Part shown: positions 47,910 to 57,934 of the stretch, piece by piece
Position numbering within the stretch: position 1 is the stretch's first letter
Layout: each line of letters opens with the position of its first letter
Program-made: the position numbers and the translations under genes
DNA from: an uncultured virus (IMG/VR IMGVR_UViG_3300013947_000029)
Taxonomy: Duplodnaviria > Heunggongvirae > Uroviricota > Caudoviricetes > Crassvirales
Direction: 5' to 3' (one strand)
DNA length: 64,000 bases
Virus record (IMG/VR): IMGVR_UViG_3300013947_000029
Notes under the pieces: generated by a model
The model's database searches: none
Seen by the model: only the letters and a program-made list of their open reading frames with translations
What the model was told of the DNA's origin: nothing

Positions 47910-48364
47910 CAGAATTTATATGTTATATCTACCCATTTATTGTCTACATTCTTATAAAATCTTTGATTAGTAGTTTTACTATTTAAAGGTCCTCTATCCT
48001 TAATGTAAGGGCCTGTTTTTACAAAATCAAATAGTCCCATATCAAATAATGATGTACTTTTTAATCCATGTAATCCTGTATACCAGCATGTTTTTAATGA
48101 AGTATTCATCTTTACCCATTGTGCTAATAGAGCTAGAGAGGTGAGGTCATTTCCCTCACCTAAAAAGCATACACAAGTAATGCCTTTATTTTGCTCTATC
48201 AGCTCCTTCAATTTATTAATGGTTAATTCCTCACCTATATCTTCTCTAAGCTGTTTAGAGTGACAATAGGCACATCTATGAGGACAATTAGTGATATTAA
48301 TACATAAAGATATTTCATCAGGAACTTCTGAAAATGTTACCTGTGTCTCTAAGTATTTAACCAT
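47906..48364 (-). CDS. nrdG: Anaerobic RNR activating enzyme (radical SAM)
   Basis: CPHRCAYCH (CxxxCxxC), WYTG, TNQR. Confidence 0.9.
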   Translation of the reverse strand: MVKYLETQVTFSEVPDEISLCINITNCPHRCAYCHSKQLREDIGEELTINKLKELIEQNKGITCVCFLGEGNDLTSLALLAQWVKMNTSLKTCWYTGLHGLKSTSLFDMGLFDFVKTGPYIKDRGPLNSKTTNQRFYKNVDNKWVDITYKFW

Positions 48365-50594
48365 CTATATCTTCAGCTTTTGTATAAACTCTTGTTTTTT
48401 GTTCTATTTGTCTCCCATTAGACCAATTACTTATCTTAGTTAAATATCCGATTATTCTATCCCACAAAGAGGTATTAGTAGAACTACACTTAGGGCATTT
48501 ATCAAATGGTTGTTTTGCTATATAATGGCACTCTTCACATTCACAGTTAGGAATATTAAAAGTAAAGTACTTGCATCCTACTTCTGCAGCATATTTTATG
48601 AGATGCTTATATTGCTCTTTAGTTAAATGAGAATCTAAATTAATATGTGCAGCACTCCCACCATCAAGCATATCTCCACAGAAGTCTTTACCATGTAGAT
48701 ATAGTTTATCTAATACAGAAATATCTTCATCATTAGGTTTATAGATATAGCTAGCATAAAGATTAGTGTCTTTAGGTACATAATAACCATCCTTTTTATC
48801 TCTATTATAGAGCTTTATAGCTGCTGATTCACAAGGAGTAAATTCAGTGTTAAACATTAATTCTTTAGTTTTGTGTAGAGCATTTTGTTCTTTTATAGTA
48901 TTAAATATAATGTTACAAAACTCTTTATAAGAAGAATTATTATTACATTGTATTCCTAAGAACTCTGCTGCTTGGTTTAGCCCATTAATGCCTATAGTAA
49001 GGTATTGTTTCTTCATATCTATAAATCCTGCTTTATATACAGTTAAAAGGTTAGCATTATATAAATCTTTGAGTATTTCATTATAAGCAGTATGATATTT
49101 ATAGATTCTTTCGAGAATACTTATTAAATATTTAGGAAAAAGTTTTATAATTTGCTCTTTATAAAGTGATATTTCTTCAAAACTTAAAGTATTAGGATTC
49201 TTTGGGAGAGGTAAATTATCTTTTAAAACTTCCCTATGCAATATAAATTGGTCTTTAATGCTATTTACAAAATCTTGAACAATTCTATTAATATTAAGTG
49301 TAATAACATTCTTAGAACCTGTCATTTCACTGAGTTGTCCATTTGTAAAATTAAATTGAGGTTTGTTAATTTTTGATGATAATCTACAACAAGAACTTAA
49401 CGAATCTGCACTATCACTAATATATGTAAAAAATGAATTACCTTGAGAGTACTCTTCACATAAATAGTTGTATAAATCTTCATCTAAAAATTTACCATTT
49501 TGATATATAAGGCATGCTGATACTACAGGAAAAGTAAGAATACATTTTAATCTTTCTTGATTTAACCAATGAAGAAAGTCTTTCTGTAACCAATTAATAG
49601 ATTCCCATTGTGCTTTAGTACTATCTGGATAATAAAAATCACTATACATAGCATCAAAGAAGGGTTTATCAAAGATACTAACATTCCAAAAGACTGCTTG
49701 ATTTCCACGAGAACCACTTGGCTGCATTAGGCTATAGCATATTTGTTGAAAATATTGATGTATTTGTTTATGTATAGTTTGCTTTCTATTAGTATATTCT
49801 GAGGAGGCACTGAGCTCAAGTTTTTCATAATATTTATCTCCCCATTCTTTTCTTAGATACCAATCCATGCCTATAAAGGTGCTAGGGATGCTTACAGCCC
49901 CTTTAAACTGTGAAGCAATAGCAAATACTAAATTTATAAACATTCCACAGAAACTATCTATATTCTTAGGAGCTACACTTAATCCCCCTATTTCTTTAAT
50001 ACCGTTAAGATAAAATGGATATAAAGTAATAGCAACACAATAAGGCATACCTATTTGTGAAGAAAGGTCATGAAGATAGCATATTGAATTAGCATCCTTT
50101 ACAAGCAATTTATAGTCAAAATCAGGGTACAATTCTTTTAGCTTTAATTCCCACATTCTAAGATTTACTTCAGCATTATCTTCTTTATGTATCTCAGAAT
50201 TAAGAACTGCAATATTATGATTACTTACATTAGCATTATCATCTATAGTAGCATTAGCAGTATTATCAGATTTCTTAAATTTTTCTATGAATCTTATTTT
50301 CTTTTGAGCAGCTTCCCTAATATCTTTTCTACGTTGTCTATAAATAATATAAGCTTTAGCTATATCATAATACTGAAAGTGCATTAAAGACTTTTCTACA
50401 GCATTCTGTATAGTTTCTACATCAAGATTTTCTTTAGGGCAATCCATTAAGGCATACTCTACAATTCTATTAATCTGTTTTAGGATTAGTTCTCCTACAT
50501 CATATCCACATTCTTTAAAAGCTTTAATTACAGCTTTTACAATCTTCTCTTTATCAAACTTTTCTAATGTTCCATCTCTTTTTATTACTTCCAT
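48357..50594 (-). CDS. nrdD: Class III anaerobic ribonucleotide reductase
   Basis: ATP cone (VIKRDG), TFPV, SSCCRL, PCES, C-terminal CxxC..CxxC and RIIGYL glycyl-radical loop. Confidence 0.94.
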   Translation of the reverse strand: MEVIKRDGTLEKFDKEKIVKAVIKAFKECGYDVGELILKQINRIVEYALMDCPKENLDVETIQNAVEKSLMHFQYYDIAKAYIIYRQRRKDIREAAQKKIRFIEKFKKSDNTANATIDDNANVSNHNIAVLNSEIHKEDNAEVNLRMWELKLKELYPDFDYKLLVKDANSICYLHDLSSQIGMPYCVAITLYPFYLNGIKEIGGLSVAPKNIDSFCGMFINLVFAIASQFKGAVSIPSTFIGMDWYLRKEWGDKYYEKLELSASSEYTNRKQTIHKQIHQYFQQICYSLMQPSGSRGNQAVFWNVSIFDKPFFDAMYSDFYYPDSTKAQWESINWLQKDFLHWLNQERLKCILTFPVVSACLIYQNGKFLDEDLYNYLCEEYSQGNSFFTYISDSADSLSSCCRLSSKINKPQFNFTNGQLSEMTGSKNVITLNINRIVQDFVNSIKDQFILHREVLKDNLPLPKNPNTLSFEEISLYKEQIIKLFPKYLISILERIYKYHTAYNEILKDLYNANLLTVYKAGFIDMKKQYLTIGINGLNQAAEFLGIQCNNNSSYKEFCNIIFNTIKEQNALHKTKELMFNTEFTPCESAAIKLYNRDKKDGYYVPKDTNLYASYIYKPNDEDISVLDKLYLHGKDFCGDMLDGGSAAHINLDSHLTKEQYKHLIKYAAEVGCKYFTFNIPNCECEECHYIAKQPFDKCPKCSSTNTSLWDRIIGYLTKISNWSNGRQIEQKTRVYTKAEDIDG

Positions 50595-50595
50595 A

Positions 50596-51648
50596 TTATA
50601 ATTTATTTAACCATTGTCTTAATGAATTAGGCTTATCAAGGAATATCCCATCAGGGACTTTAGGGCTATCCTTCAAATAATGTTGTAGTTCTTTACCTAT
50701 AACAAAAGGGTCTCTTGCTTTATACTGACTATTTTTACCATATATAAGGTCTCCAGTAGTAAAAGTATCTTCAAAGTCCCATACTAATGGAGTTAGGGAA
50801 TATCTATTTACTACAATAAATTTATAGGGTGCTATAGTATAATCTTTAAAATAATCATCCTTTGATATATTATCCCTTATTATATTAGCATATAACTTCC
50901 CTTGAATCATATAGCACCATTTATCAAAACTATGAGCAAAATCCCATTCTTTTGAGCTTGAAGTTTTTAAATCTACAGGAATTATTAATTTCTTATCATT
51001 CAATACTACAATTAAATCAGCCATACATCTATAGTCTACATCATCAAATGTAGCTTTAAACTTCAATTGATAGAACCTCTGTATTCTATCATCAAACATA
51101 TTATTAGGCTCAAAGTAAAACTTTGTAGCAGGAGAAGTTCTAAGAGCATCTACCATCTTTAAAGCATCATTATAAATATAAGTGCTTATAATAGTTCTTC
51201 CATTAGCAAGATATAACAAGCCATAATATCCTGCACCATCCTCTTTAATTTTCTTTACTCTCGTTCTAGGTAGCCAGTGATTATTCCATTGTATATCTTC
51301 TATAACACTAATAATTTCATCTTCTGATATAGCTGTAAGGCTATTATATTTATTAGAGTACACAGAGAATAATTTTTTTACTATAGTAGCTACAGTATCT
51401 GATAGTTCATTATTAAGCTCTGCTACCATAAATCTCTCATTAAACTCTTCATCAGTACCTGTTATAAGAGTATCTACAATAGAACCCAGAGTAAGAGAGG
51501 GACTCTCTACTTTAGTAAATAAGTTACCTAAGTTATTGAATCCCTCTCTTTCATATCTAGCTAATGTACTGTAAGATAATGCATGGTCTCTCCTATATTC
51601 TTCTTCTGTAACTAGCCATGAAATATCTTTTAATGTTTTATTCATCAT
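50596..51648 (-). CDS. PD-(D/E)XK exonuclease-like protein
   Basis: LSYS.L, GS.VD, MADL...DLKT, Y.IQ..LY. Confidence 0.75.
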   Translation of the reverse strand: MMNKTLKDISWLVTEEEYRRDHALSYSTLARYEREGFNNLGNLFTKVESPSLTLGSIVDTLITGTDEEFNERFMVAELNNELSDTVATIVKKLFSVYSNKYNSLTAISEDEIISVIEDIQWNNHWLPRTRVKKIKEDGAGYYGLLYLANGRTIISTYIYNDALKMVDALRTSPATKFYFEPNNMFDDRIQRFYQLKFKATFDDVDYRCMADLIVVLNDKKLIIPVDLKTSSSKEWDFAHSFDKWCYMIQGKLYANIIRDNISKDDYFKDYTIAPYKFIVVNRYSLTPLVWDFEDTFTTGDLIYGKNSQYKARDPFVIGKELQHYLKDSPKVPDGIFLDKPNSLRQWLNKL

Positions 51649-51835
51649 CTAAGTGTTTAATAGTAATTTCATAATCTATTTCCCCCTGTAAAGTATGTAG
51701 AGCACCAAGTTTTTTCTTTACTTTTCTTATGGTACTTTCTATGTTACATTTAAAGGTCAATAAATCTGTACTATAAATTAATATAGGGCATTGATTAGCT
51801 TCATCCATTAGTTTTTTCAGTATCTCCTTCTGCAT
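51638..51835 (-). CDS. Hypothetical protein
   Basis: Packed ORF. Confidence 0.5.
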   Translation of the reverse strand: MQKEILKKLMDEANQCPILIYSTDLLTFKCNIESTIRKVKKKLGALHTLQGEIDYEITIKHLDDE

Positions 51836-52316
51836 AGCTCTTTATTATTTCTACCATCTGTAATAGCTGATGTTTAGTATGTACTTCAAAATACATGGAT
51901 TTCTGCCCTGTTTTTTCATATAAATCATCTAAGTATTTAAGAAACATCTTCTTTTTAATATAAAAGACATCGTTCTCAATAGATTTAAGTTCTACCCAAA
52001 TATCAATATTTTGATATTTAAAGTATATATCACATGTATATCTAATACCAATAATCTTATCTTTCTTACAGATTAATTTCTTAGGTCCTGTGATACCTTC
52101 TTCTATTCTTCTTGTATAAGCATACTTAGATTCTTCATCATAGAAAGGTGTTATAGGTTTAAACCCTTCCCATAGAGTTAATTGCTTAGGTTCATACTGA
52201 GGATTAAGCCCTAACTCTTTTAAAGTTATATAAGCAGATTTTTCAAGTTTACTTTTAAAAGTTATCTTACCTTCTTTACAGACAGTAGCATTACGTATCT
52301 TTTTATTACTGCTCAT
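51801..52316 (-). CDS. Endonuclease (T7 endonuclease I / DUF1064-like resolvase)
   Basis: FKSKLE...YEP...YTCD...VELK. Confidence 0.7.
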   Translation of the reverse strand: MSSNKKIRNATVCKEGKITFKSKLEKSAYITLKELGLNPQYEPKQLTLWEGFKPITPFYDEESKYAYTRRIEEGITGPKKLICKKDKIIGIRYTCDIYFKYQNIDIWVELKSIENDVFYIKKKMFLKYLDDLYEKTGQKSMYFEVHTKHQLLQMVEIIKSYAEGDTEKTNG

Positions 52317-52692
52317 TGTTAAGTAGCTCAGTAAGACACTTTTTATATAGCCAATAAGTCTCTCTACTATTTGTTGCTACTTCCTCAATAGCTCGACTTA
52401 TAAGTAATTTAGAAGCTTGCTCAGAGGCATAATTAACGGCTCTTAACATCTTTGGTACTACAGATTTCTTTACTTGCATAATACTTGCAAGTTTTCCTAA
52501 TACATCATCTACAGTAGGAACTTTACTTTCTTTAATCACTCCGTACTTTTGCAATAACTCTGCCAATTCTTGGTTAAACCCTTCAGTATCTTTATTTTTA
52601 AAGATACTATAATTTATACCACTATAGAATCCTGCAAATAAATCTTCCATGCATATTTTCTCTCCTGTACTTAAAATTTTAAATTCTTTCAT
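52306..52692 (-). CDS. Hypothetical protein
   Basis: Packed ORF. Confidence 0.6.
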   Translation of the reverse strand: MKEFKILSTGEKICMEDLFAGFYSGINYSIFKNKDTEGFNQELAELLQKYGVIKESKVPTVDDVLGKLASIMQVKKSVVPKMLRAVNYASEQASKLLISRAIEEVATNSRETYWLYKKCLTELLNNEQ

Positions 52693-52694
52693 AT

Positions 52695-52877
52695 CTATGT
52701 ATAGTTTAATAATATATCTTGTCTAACATCTTTTGGTATAGAATCTAAGCAAAACCTAATAAATTCTTCTTGTTCACTAATACTCAAAGAATCAAAAATT
52801 TCTGTAGGGTCTACATCAATTATAATGTTTTTTGTAGTTTCAATCTGAACAGTCATACCATTTAATTTTTTCATCAA
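52695..52877 (-). CDS. Hypothetical protein (start uncertain)
   Basis: Packed ORF. Confidence 0.5.
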   Translation of the reverse strand: MMKKLNGMTVQIETTKNIIIDVDPTEIFDSLSISEQEEFIRFCLDSIPKDVRQDILLNYT

Positions 52878-53514
52878 ATCTTTTATAACATTCTTTGTTT
52901 ATATCTTTCCATATTGAAGAAGGCATAGGTTCTTTAATTCTTGCATAGTGAGAAGGATGAGCTACAGTAATAATGCTGTTATTTTTACCTATAAAGGGCT
53001 TTAGCATCTCAGCTTGTTTACCAAACAGAACATAGATGAGGCCAGGATTTATCTCTGAAATGTGGTTTAATAAGGCAATTGTAAATTTTCTCCATTTCAA
53101 AGAATGTACTCCTGTCTCACCTACCTCTGTTGTTAATGCTGAGTTAAGCATTAATATGCCTTGCTTACTCCAACTCTCTAATGTGGGGTCAAAGTTAATC
53201 AAATTATGTGGAATCTCCAAATCAATAACAGAATCTCTTATTACTTTTAGAGATGGTGATAATTGTTCTTCTGGAGTATTACTTTTATTACCAAATAAAA
53301 TGCCTGTAGCAACTCCTTTCTGAGGGTAAGGGTCATATCCTATAAATATCATCTTACACTCTTTATAAGGACATAATCTAAAAGCCTTAAAAACATTCTC
53401 TATAGAAGGACATAGCTTATCTTTTTTAAAGGAAGAAAGCCATGATAGTAACTTTAGTAATTCCGTCCTATCAATGACTTTCATCCAATCACCAAAATAT
53501 TCCTCTACTGTCAT
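52840..53514 (-). CDS. ung: Uracil-DNA glycosylase (family 1-like)
   Basis: GYDPY, ATGILF, PSL, QGILMLN, HPS. Confidence 0.88.
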   Translation of the reverse strand: MTVEEYFGDWMKVIDRTELLKLLSWLSSFKKDKLCPSIENVFKAFRLCPYKECKMIFIGYDPYPQKGVATGILFGNKSNTPEEQLSPSLKVIRDSVIDLEIPHNLINFDPTLESWSKQGILMLNSALTTEVGETGVHSLKWRKFTIALLNHISEINPGLIYVLFGKQAEMLKPFIGKNNSIITVAHPSHYARIKEPMPSSIWKDINKECYKRFDEKIKWYDCSD

Positions 53515-54450
53515 TTATTTTCTCTCAGTAATACATTTCATAGCTATTTCTAATAAAGAATCTTGAATACTTTCTTTCTTAAAGTCTTTGGGAATAATAA
53601 TCCTATAAGGAGAATCTTCCTCAGTACCCATAAGACCTTCATAAATAACTTTAGATACATAGCTACAATCAAATCCATTTTCTACATTTAAAGGTATCAC
53701 ATTGCCACTCTTATTAAAGTCTATTTTATCTATTGGAAGATAAGCGCAAGTCCTTAACTTACCAAATTCACTACATCCAATAGGTACTGCAACTACATCA
53801 GCAGGATTAACAAGACAAGCTACTCCAATATTACCAAAGTAATTTTTAGAAAGCCATTGTGCAGAGGCTACATGCAATCCAGGGGCACATTCTACATTAC
53901 TATCACAATTACACTTCTTTCTGTCAAGTATTACCATTTCTCCCATTTTAATAACAGTAGAATGACTATAATGGTCTGTATATACTTCTTTTTTACTAGT
54001 AGCTTCTACATTTCTATAAGCTACAAAGAATCCACACTTGGCAAGTTTTATACCAAAGTTATTTAGAAATTTATAAAGATTCTCTCTACATTGTCTATTA
54101 GTATTAAGAGACATAAGAGTCCAGAAGTTTTTATAAGTCTCTAATAATAGCTTATTTTTAGCTTTCTCTGCTTCTATAATAGACGATACTAAATCTGCTG
54201 GTAATGAAAGTGGTGACACATTCTTCCAATATATACAGCCATTCTTTACAGTAAGTATTTGAGAGCTTTTTATAGTTCTCTCAGTATTTAATATCTCCTT
54301 ATAATTAGGGTCAAGTAATGCTTTAATTTCTTCATCACTCTTAAGAGTAACAAGTTCTTTAAATTGCTCTTCTGTAAGTTGCTGCTCAATAATTTCTCCT
54401 GAATCTAGGAAGATGCATGCCTTACTTCCTACTTTAATTATTTTTTGCAT
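53515..54450 (-). CDS. rIIB-like protein
   Basis: GFFVAYRNV, CAPGLHVA, VNPADVVAVP, KLRTCAY; adjacent to the rIIA-like gene. Confidence 0.8.
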   Translation of the reverse strand: MQKIIKVGSKACIFLDSGEIIEQQLTEEQFKELVTLKSDEEIKALLDPNYKEILNTERTIKSSQILTVKNGCIYWKNVSPLSLPADLVSSIIEAEKAKNKLLLETYKNFWTLMSLNTNRQCRENLYKFLNNFGIKLAKCGFFVAYRNVEATSKKEVYTDHYSHSTVIKMGEMVILDRKKCNCDSNVECAPGLHVASAQWLSKNYFGNIGVACLVNPADVVAVPIGCSEFGKLRTCAYLPIDKIDFNKSGNVIPLNVENGFDCSYVSKVIYEGLMGTEEDSPYRIIIPKDFKKESIQDSLLEIAMKCITERK

Positions 54451-56654
54451 AATAGTTTTATTAAATCATTATTTATCATTGTATTATAAGCTTCTGCTCC
54501 AACTCTAAAAGCTTTAGTTTTAATTATTGCTTTTGTAAGAAAAATATTAGAACTACCTACATTTAATTGTGTAGACTGTAGTAGGGCTGTTGGTAATAGT
54601 TTTTCTACTTTCTGTATGGCTTCTTCATATTTTACTAATTTAGTAATTAAGGAGTCATACATACTCTTCTTATTAATAGTTGATATGTTCTCTATGCCTA
54701 AATACTTACCCCAGAAAAGACTAAATTTTTGTAGTATTTTTATTAGTAGTATAGTCTCCTGCTTTATAGATTCTGGCAAATAGGGGAGTAGCTTTCTTAT
54801 TTTAAAATAAGATACAGGTATATCATATGAAGATAATTCACATTTTATTCGTCCCAATAGCTTAAATTCAATAAGTTCTCTATCTTTAAATATATCTTCT
54901 AAAGTAACAAATCTATTAGGAATTTCTTGTAATATCTTAGGTATCAATGTCTTGGGTGCTTGACACAAATTAAATCCTTTAAAGTCTGCTAAGTTTTTAT
55001 ACACTTCAAGATTTCTACTATCAGTTAATAATATTCCTCCCCTAATTTCAGTCTTTATACTATGTTTTAATAGCTTTATACTATTATAAATACTAGCATT
55101 ATGAATATTGGTCTTGTAATGTACATTACTATACATTACAATTTTAATATCTTTTTGTGTACTAGTCTTAGTTTTCTTTTTCTTGAATTTTAGGTATTCT
55201 CTATCTGTTTTTACATCTAATACTATAGCATTTTTTACAAATTCTTTGGTTATCTTAGTTCTAATATCATTAAAGGCTTTAAAGTCTGAATTAATAATGG
55301 TAGTGAATACTCTATCTAGTACACCAATATCTCCAGTAAGTATAGAATCATCACATATAACATAATAGCCTTGAAAGTTTTCAATAAGATATTTTCTTAA
55401 GGTTGGAGAGATAGTTTTAGTTCCAGAAATAACCAAATATTTTTTATTTATTTCTAGGAATTGGTAATAAGTCTTATAGTCTTGTGTTATTATTCTGTTA
55501 TTATTAATTAATCTAATAGTATTATCTGATAATCCATTTGCATGTGTTACACTACAATATAATACATTTTTAATGATGTCAATTTGTGATGTATTAAGAG
55601 TATATCCATATAATTGTATATTACCTGAAGAAATGCAACAAGGGTAACCAAAGCTTGAACAAGCTATTTCTTTATCAGATAATAGATTAAATACACATTT
55701 TTTATTTGCAACATGTAAATATTCTAAGACATTATTATAGTTTTTATGAAATTCTTGAGTTACAATATCATCCAGCTCTTTTTTAGCCTCTTTTAGTCTT
55801 TTCTCTATTATTTCTATACTTCTATTAGTATAGATAATATCTTCTCTATTTGGAGTTACATCAAGTTCTCCTATATTAAACTTAATAAATATTCCTTTAT
55901 TTACAATAGATGCTAGAAAATCCTTAGCTTCTTTGGATAAACTATCACATGTGCAAGGATATAATACATTACCTAAAAGAAATATATTTTCTGTACGATA
56001 ATTAGCAGCTTTAAAAGCATGATAATCTACTATTTTCCAATAAGTATTATAATCAAAGTCTGATATAGTATTATCAATATAAATATTAGGAAAGAATAGT
56101 AACTTTCTTAATGGTAATGAAAATCTATAAAGGTCAGTTCCTTTAATAGTTACTTCAAGACCATTTTTTTCATCAGTATTAATAGTACTAACTAAGTTAA
56201 TAGTAATATTACCAGTATCTTTAGTCATTACATAACTATCCTGTTTACCATTATAATAAGAAGTTATATAACCTATTGAAGTACAAGCCATTATACTAAA
56301 TCTGCCTATACCAAAGCATCCTATAAAGTTATTACTTTCTCTTTTAGTACTACTTCCTATATTACAATATATTTCTTTAAATCTTTCAGGACTTAATCCT
56401 GTACCAAAATCTCTAATACTAATAGAGTTTTCAGTAACCTTAATAATAATAGGAATATCAGTAGTTCTTGCTTCTACATGACTATCCCAAGCATTACTTA
56501 CTATTTCTCTTATAAAGGAATCTTCCGGCTTTGAATATAAATTAGATGATAACAATGTAGTTATAATATCTAAATTCTTGGGGTCAATACTTGTCTTATA
56601 CTCTTGAATATCTCCTATTAATTGTATATCACTTTGTTGATTTTGTAGTATCAT
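54438..56654 (-). CDS. rIIA-like protein (GHKL/HSP90-like ATPase N-domain)
   Basis: LYS...IREIVSNAWDSH, DFGTGL, STK...IGCFGIG, PNRE. Confidence 0.85.
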   Translation of the reverse strand: MILQNQQSDIQLIGDIQEYKTSIDPKNLDIITTLLSSNLYSKPEDSFIREIVSNAWDSHVEARTTDIPIIIKVTENSISIRDFGTGLSPERFKEIYCNIGSSTKRESNNFIGCFGIGRFSIMACTSIGYITSYYNGKQDSYVMTKDTGNITINLVSTINTDEKNGLEVTIKGTDLYRFSLPLRKLLFFPNIYIDNTISDFDYNTYWKIVDYHAFKAANYRTENIFLLGNVLYPCTCDSLSKEAKDFLASIVNKGIFIKFNIGELDVTPNREDIIYTNRSIEIIEKRLKEAKKELDDIVTQEFHKNYNNVLEYLHVANKKCVFNLLSDKEIACSSFGYPCCISSGNIQLYGYTLNTSQIDIIKNVLYCSVTHANGLSDNTIRLINNNRIITQDYKTYYQFLEINKKYLVISGTKTISPTLRKYLIENFQGYYVICDDSILTGDIGVLDRVFTTIINSDFKAFNDIRTKITKEFVKNAIVLDVKTDREYLKFKKKKTKTSTQKDIKIVMYSNVHYKTNIHNASIYNSIKLLKHSIKTEIRGGILLTDSRNLEVYKNLADFKGFNLCQAPKTLIPKILQEIPNRFVTLEDIFKDRELIEFKLLGRIKCELSSYDIPVSYFKIRKLLPYLPESIKQETILLIKILQKFSLFWGKYLGIENISTINKKSMYDSLITKLVKYEEAIQKVEKLLPTALLQSTQLNVGSSNIFLTKAIIKTKAFRVGAEAYNTMINNDLIKLLCKK

Positions 56655-56667
56655 CTTTTTTAAATTT

Positions 56668-56699
56668 AAAAGGGGAAATAGTAATATACTACTTCCCCT
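56668..56699 (-). terminator. Putative intrinsic terminator
   Basis: aggggaa.tagta / tacta.ttcccct stem with a short A-tract. Confidence 0.55.
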
Positions 56700-56726
56700 A
56701 CATCATAACTATTAATCACACAAAAA

Positions 56727-56969
56727 CTAAGAATTAATATACTTTACTTCAGAATCAAGTAAAATATGTTTCTTCTTCAATATTTCTATAAGCTTATCAC
56801 ATTTACAAGTGTTTTTAGCTTTAGGAGCTTTAAGTTTAGCATTATGCTTCTTCAAGAACTCCTCTAAATTTGCACTACTTACATTGGTAAAATTCTTACC
56901 AAAAGTTCTGTTTACTTCTTCTTTTAAATTCTTTGCAGTAATCTCTGCATACATTTCTTTTCTATCCAT
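56727..56969 (-). CDS. Hypothetical protein
   Basis: FGKNFTN motif; packed ORF. Confidence 0.6.
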   Translation of the reverse strand: MDRKEMYAEITAKNLKEEVNRTFGKNFTNVSSANLEEFLKKHNAKLKAPKAKNTCKCDKLIEILKKKHILLDSEVKYINS

Positions 56970-56971
56970 AC

Positions 56972-57934
56972 TTATTTAAATAAAGGTGTTATATATTCTT
57001 TGAATTTTTCCTCTCCCATAATTTTTCTTGCATCACTTATATCTTTTCCTCCTTCAAATTTAGGTAATACTACATTAGTGAATCCTGTAGATTCAGCGAG
57101 CTTTATAGCATCTTTTAATCCTACATCATCATTATCAAGACATATAAATATTTTATTATATCTTGATTTAAGATTATTGATAGCAGTTTTACTCATACTA
57201 TATCCCTCTCCTTGTATAGCTATTGCAGGTATATTAGTATGTATTGTAAGACATAAAGCATCTTTTAGAGAGGAGCATATACACAGTTTTTCTCCATGTT
57301 TAGGGATTTTAGTCCATAAAGAGATTACTGATTTATCATGACCATTAGACCATTTAAATCCTTTAGTATTGAGAGGCTGATATATTTTTATAGAAGCATT
57401 ATTCTCTTTAAATTCTACATAAGCATAAGCTAATTTATCAGCTCCAAAGATATATGTCTTCCCATCTTTAATAACTATTTTATGAGATATAGGATATACA
57501 TCAGCATATTTAAGCCATTCAAGAGTAATACCATAAGATTCCCAATAGTCTATATCATATTTTCTCCACTCTCTAACTTTACATTTTATCTTTATATTCT
57601 TACTTACACTACAGATAACCCGATGCTTTGGGGTATTAATAGTAATATCAGTAGATTTGAACTCTTTTTGTACCCTATCATACACTTCTCTAAAGCTACA
57701 ATGCCACAGTTTACCTAATAAATCCCATAAATTACCGGATTCTCCTGTACTAAAGTCGGTATACCTAATATCAGTACCTTTAGGGCAATATAAGCCAAAA
57801 GAAGGCCTATTATCTTGCCTTAAAGGACTGTTTATTAGTATTGGTATCTTTGATATACCTAAGTAAAAAGCAGCAATTTCTGCCTGATTAAAGGATTCTA
57901 TTGGATATAGAGCTTTGCTGCCTTTACTTATCAT
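56972..57934 (-). CDS. DNA primase (DnaG/TOPRIM type)
   Basis: SPLRQDNRPSF, YTDF, SSLKD, QGEG, LDNDDVG, KDISD. Confidence 0.82.
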   Translation of the reverse strand: MISKGSKALYPIESFNQAEIAAFYLGISKIPILINSPLRQDNRPSFGLYCPKGTDIRYTDFSTGESGNLWDLLGKLWHCSFREVYDRVQKEFKSTDITINTPKHRVICSVSKNIKIKCKVREWRKYDIDYWESYGITLEWLKYADVYPISHKIVIKDGKTYIFGADKLAYAYVEFKENNASIKIYQPLNTKGFKWSNGHDKSVISLWTKIPKHGEKLCICSSLKDALCLTIHTNIPAIAIQGEGYSMSKTAINNLKSRYNKIFICLDNDDVGLKDAIKLAESTGFTNVVLPKFEGGKDISDARKIMGEEKFKEYITPLFK

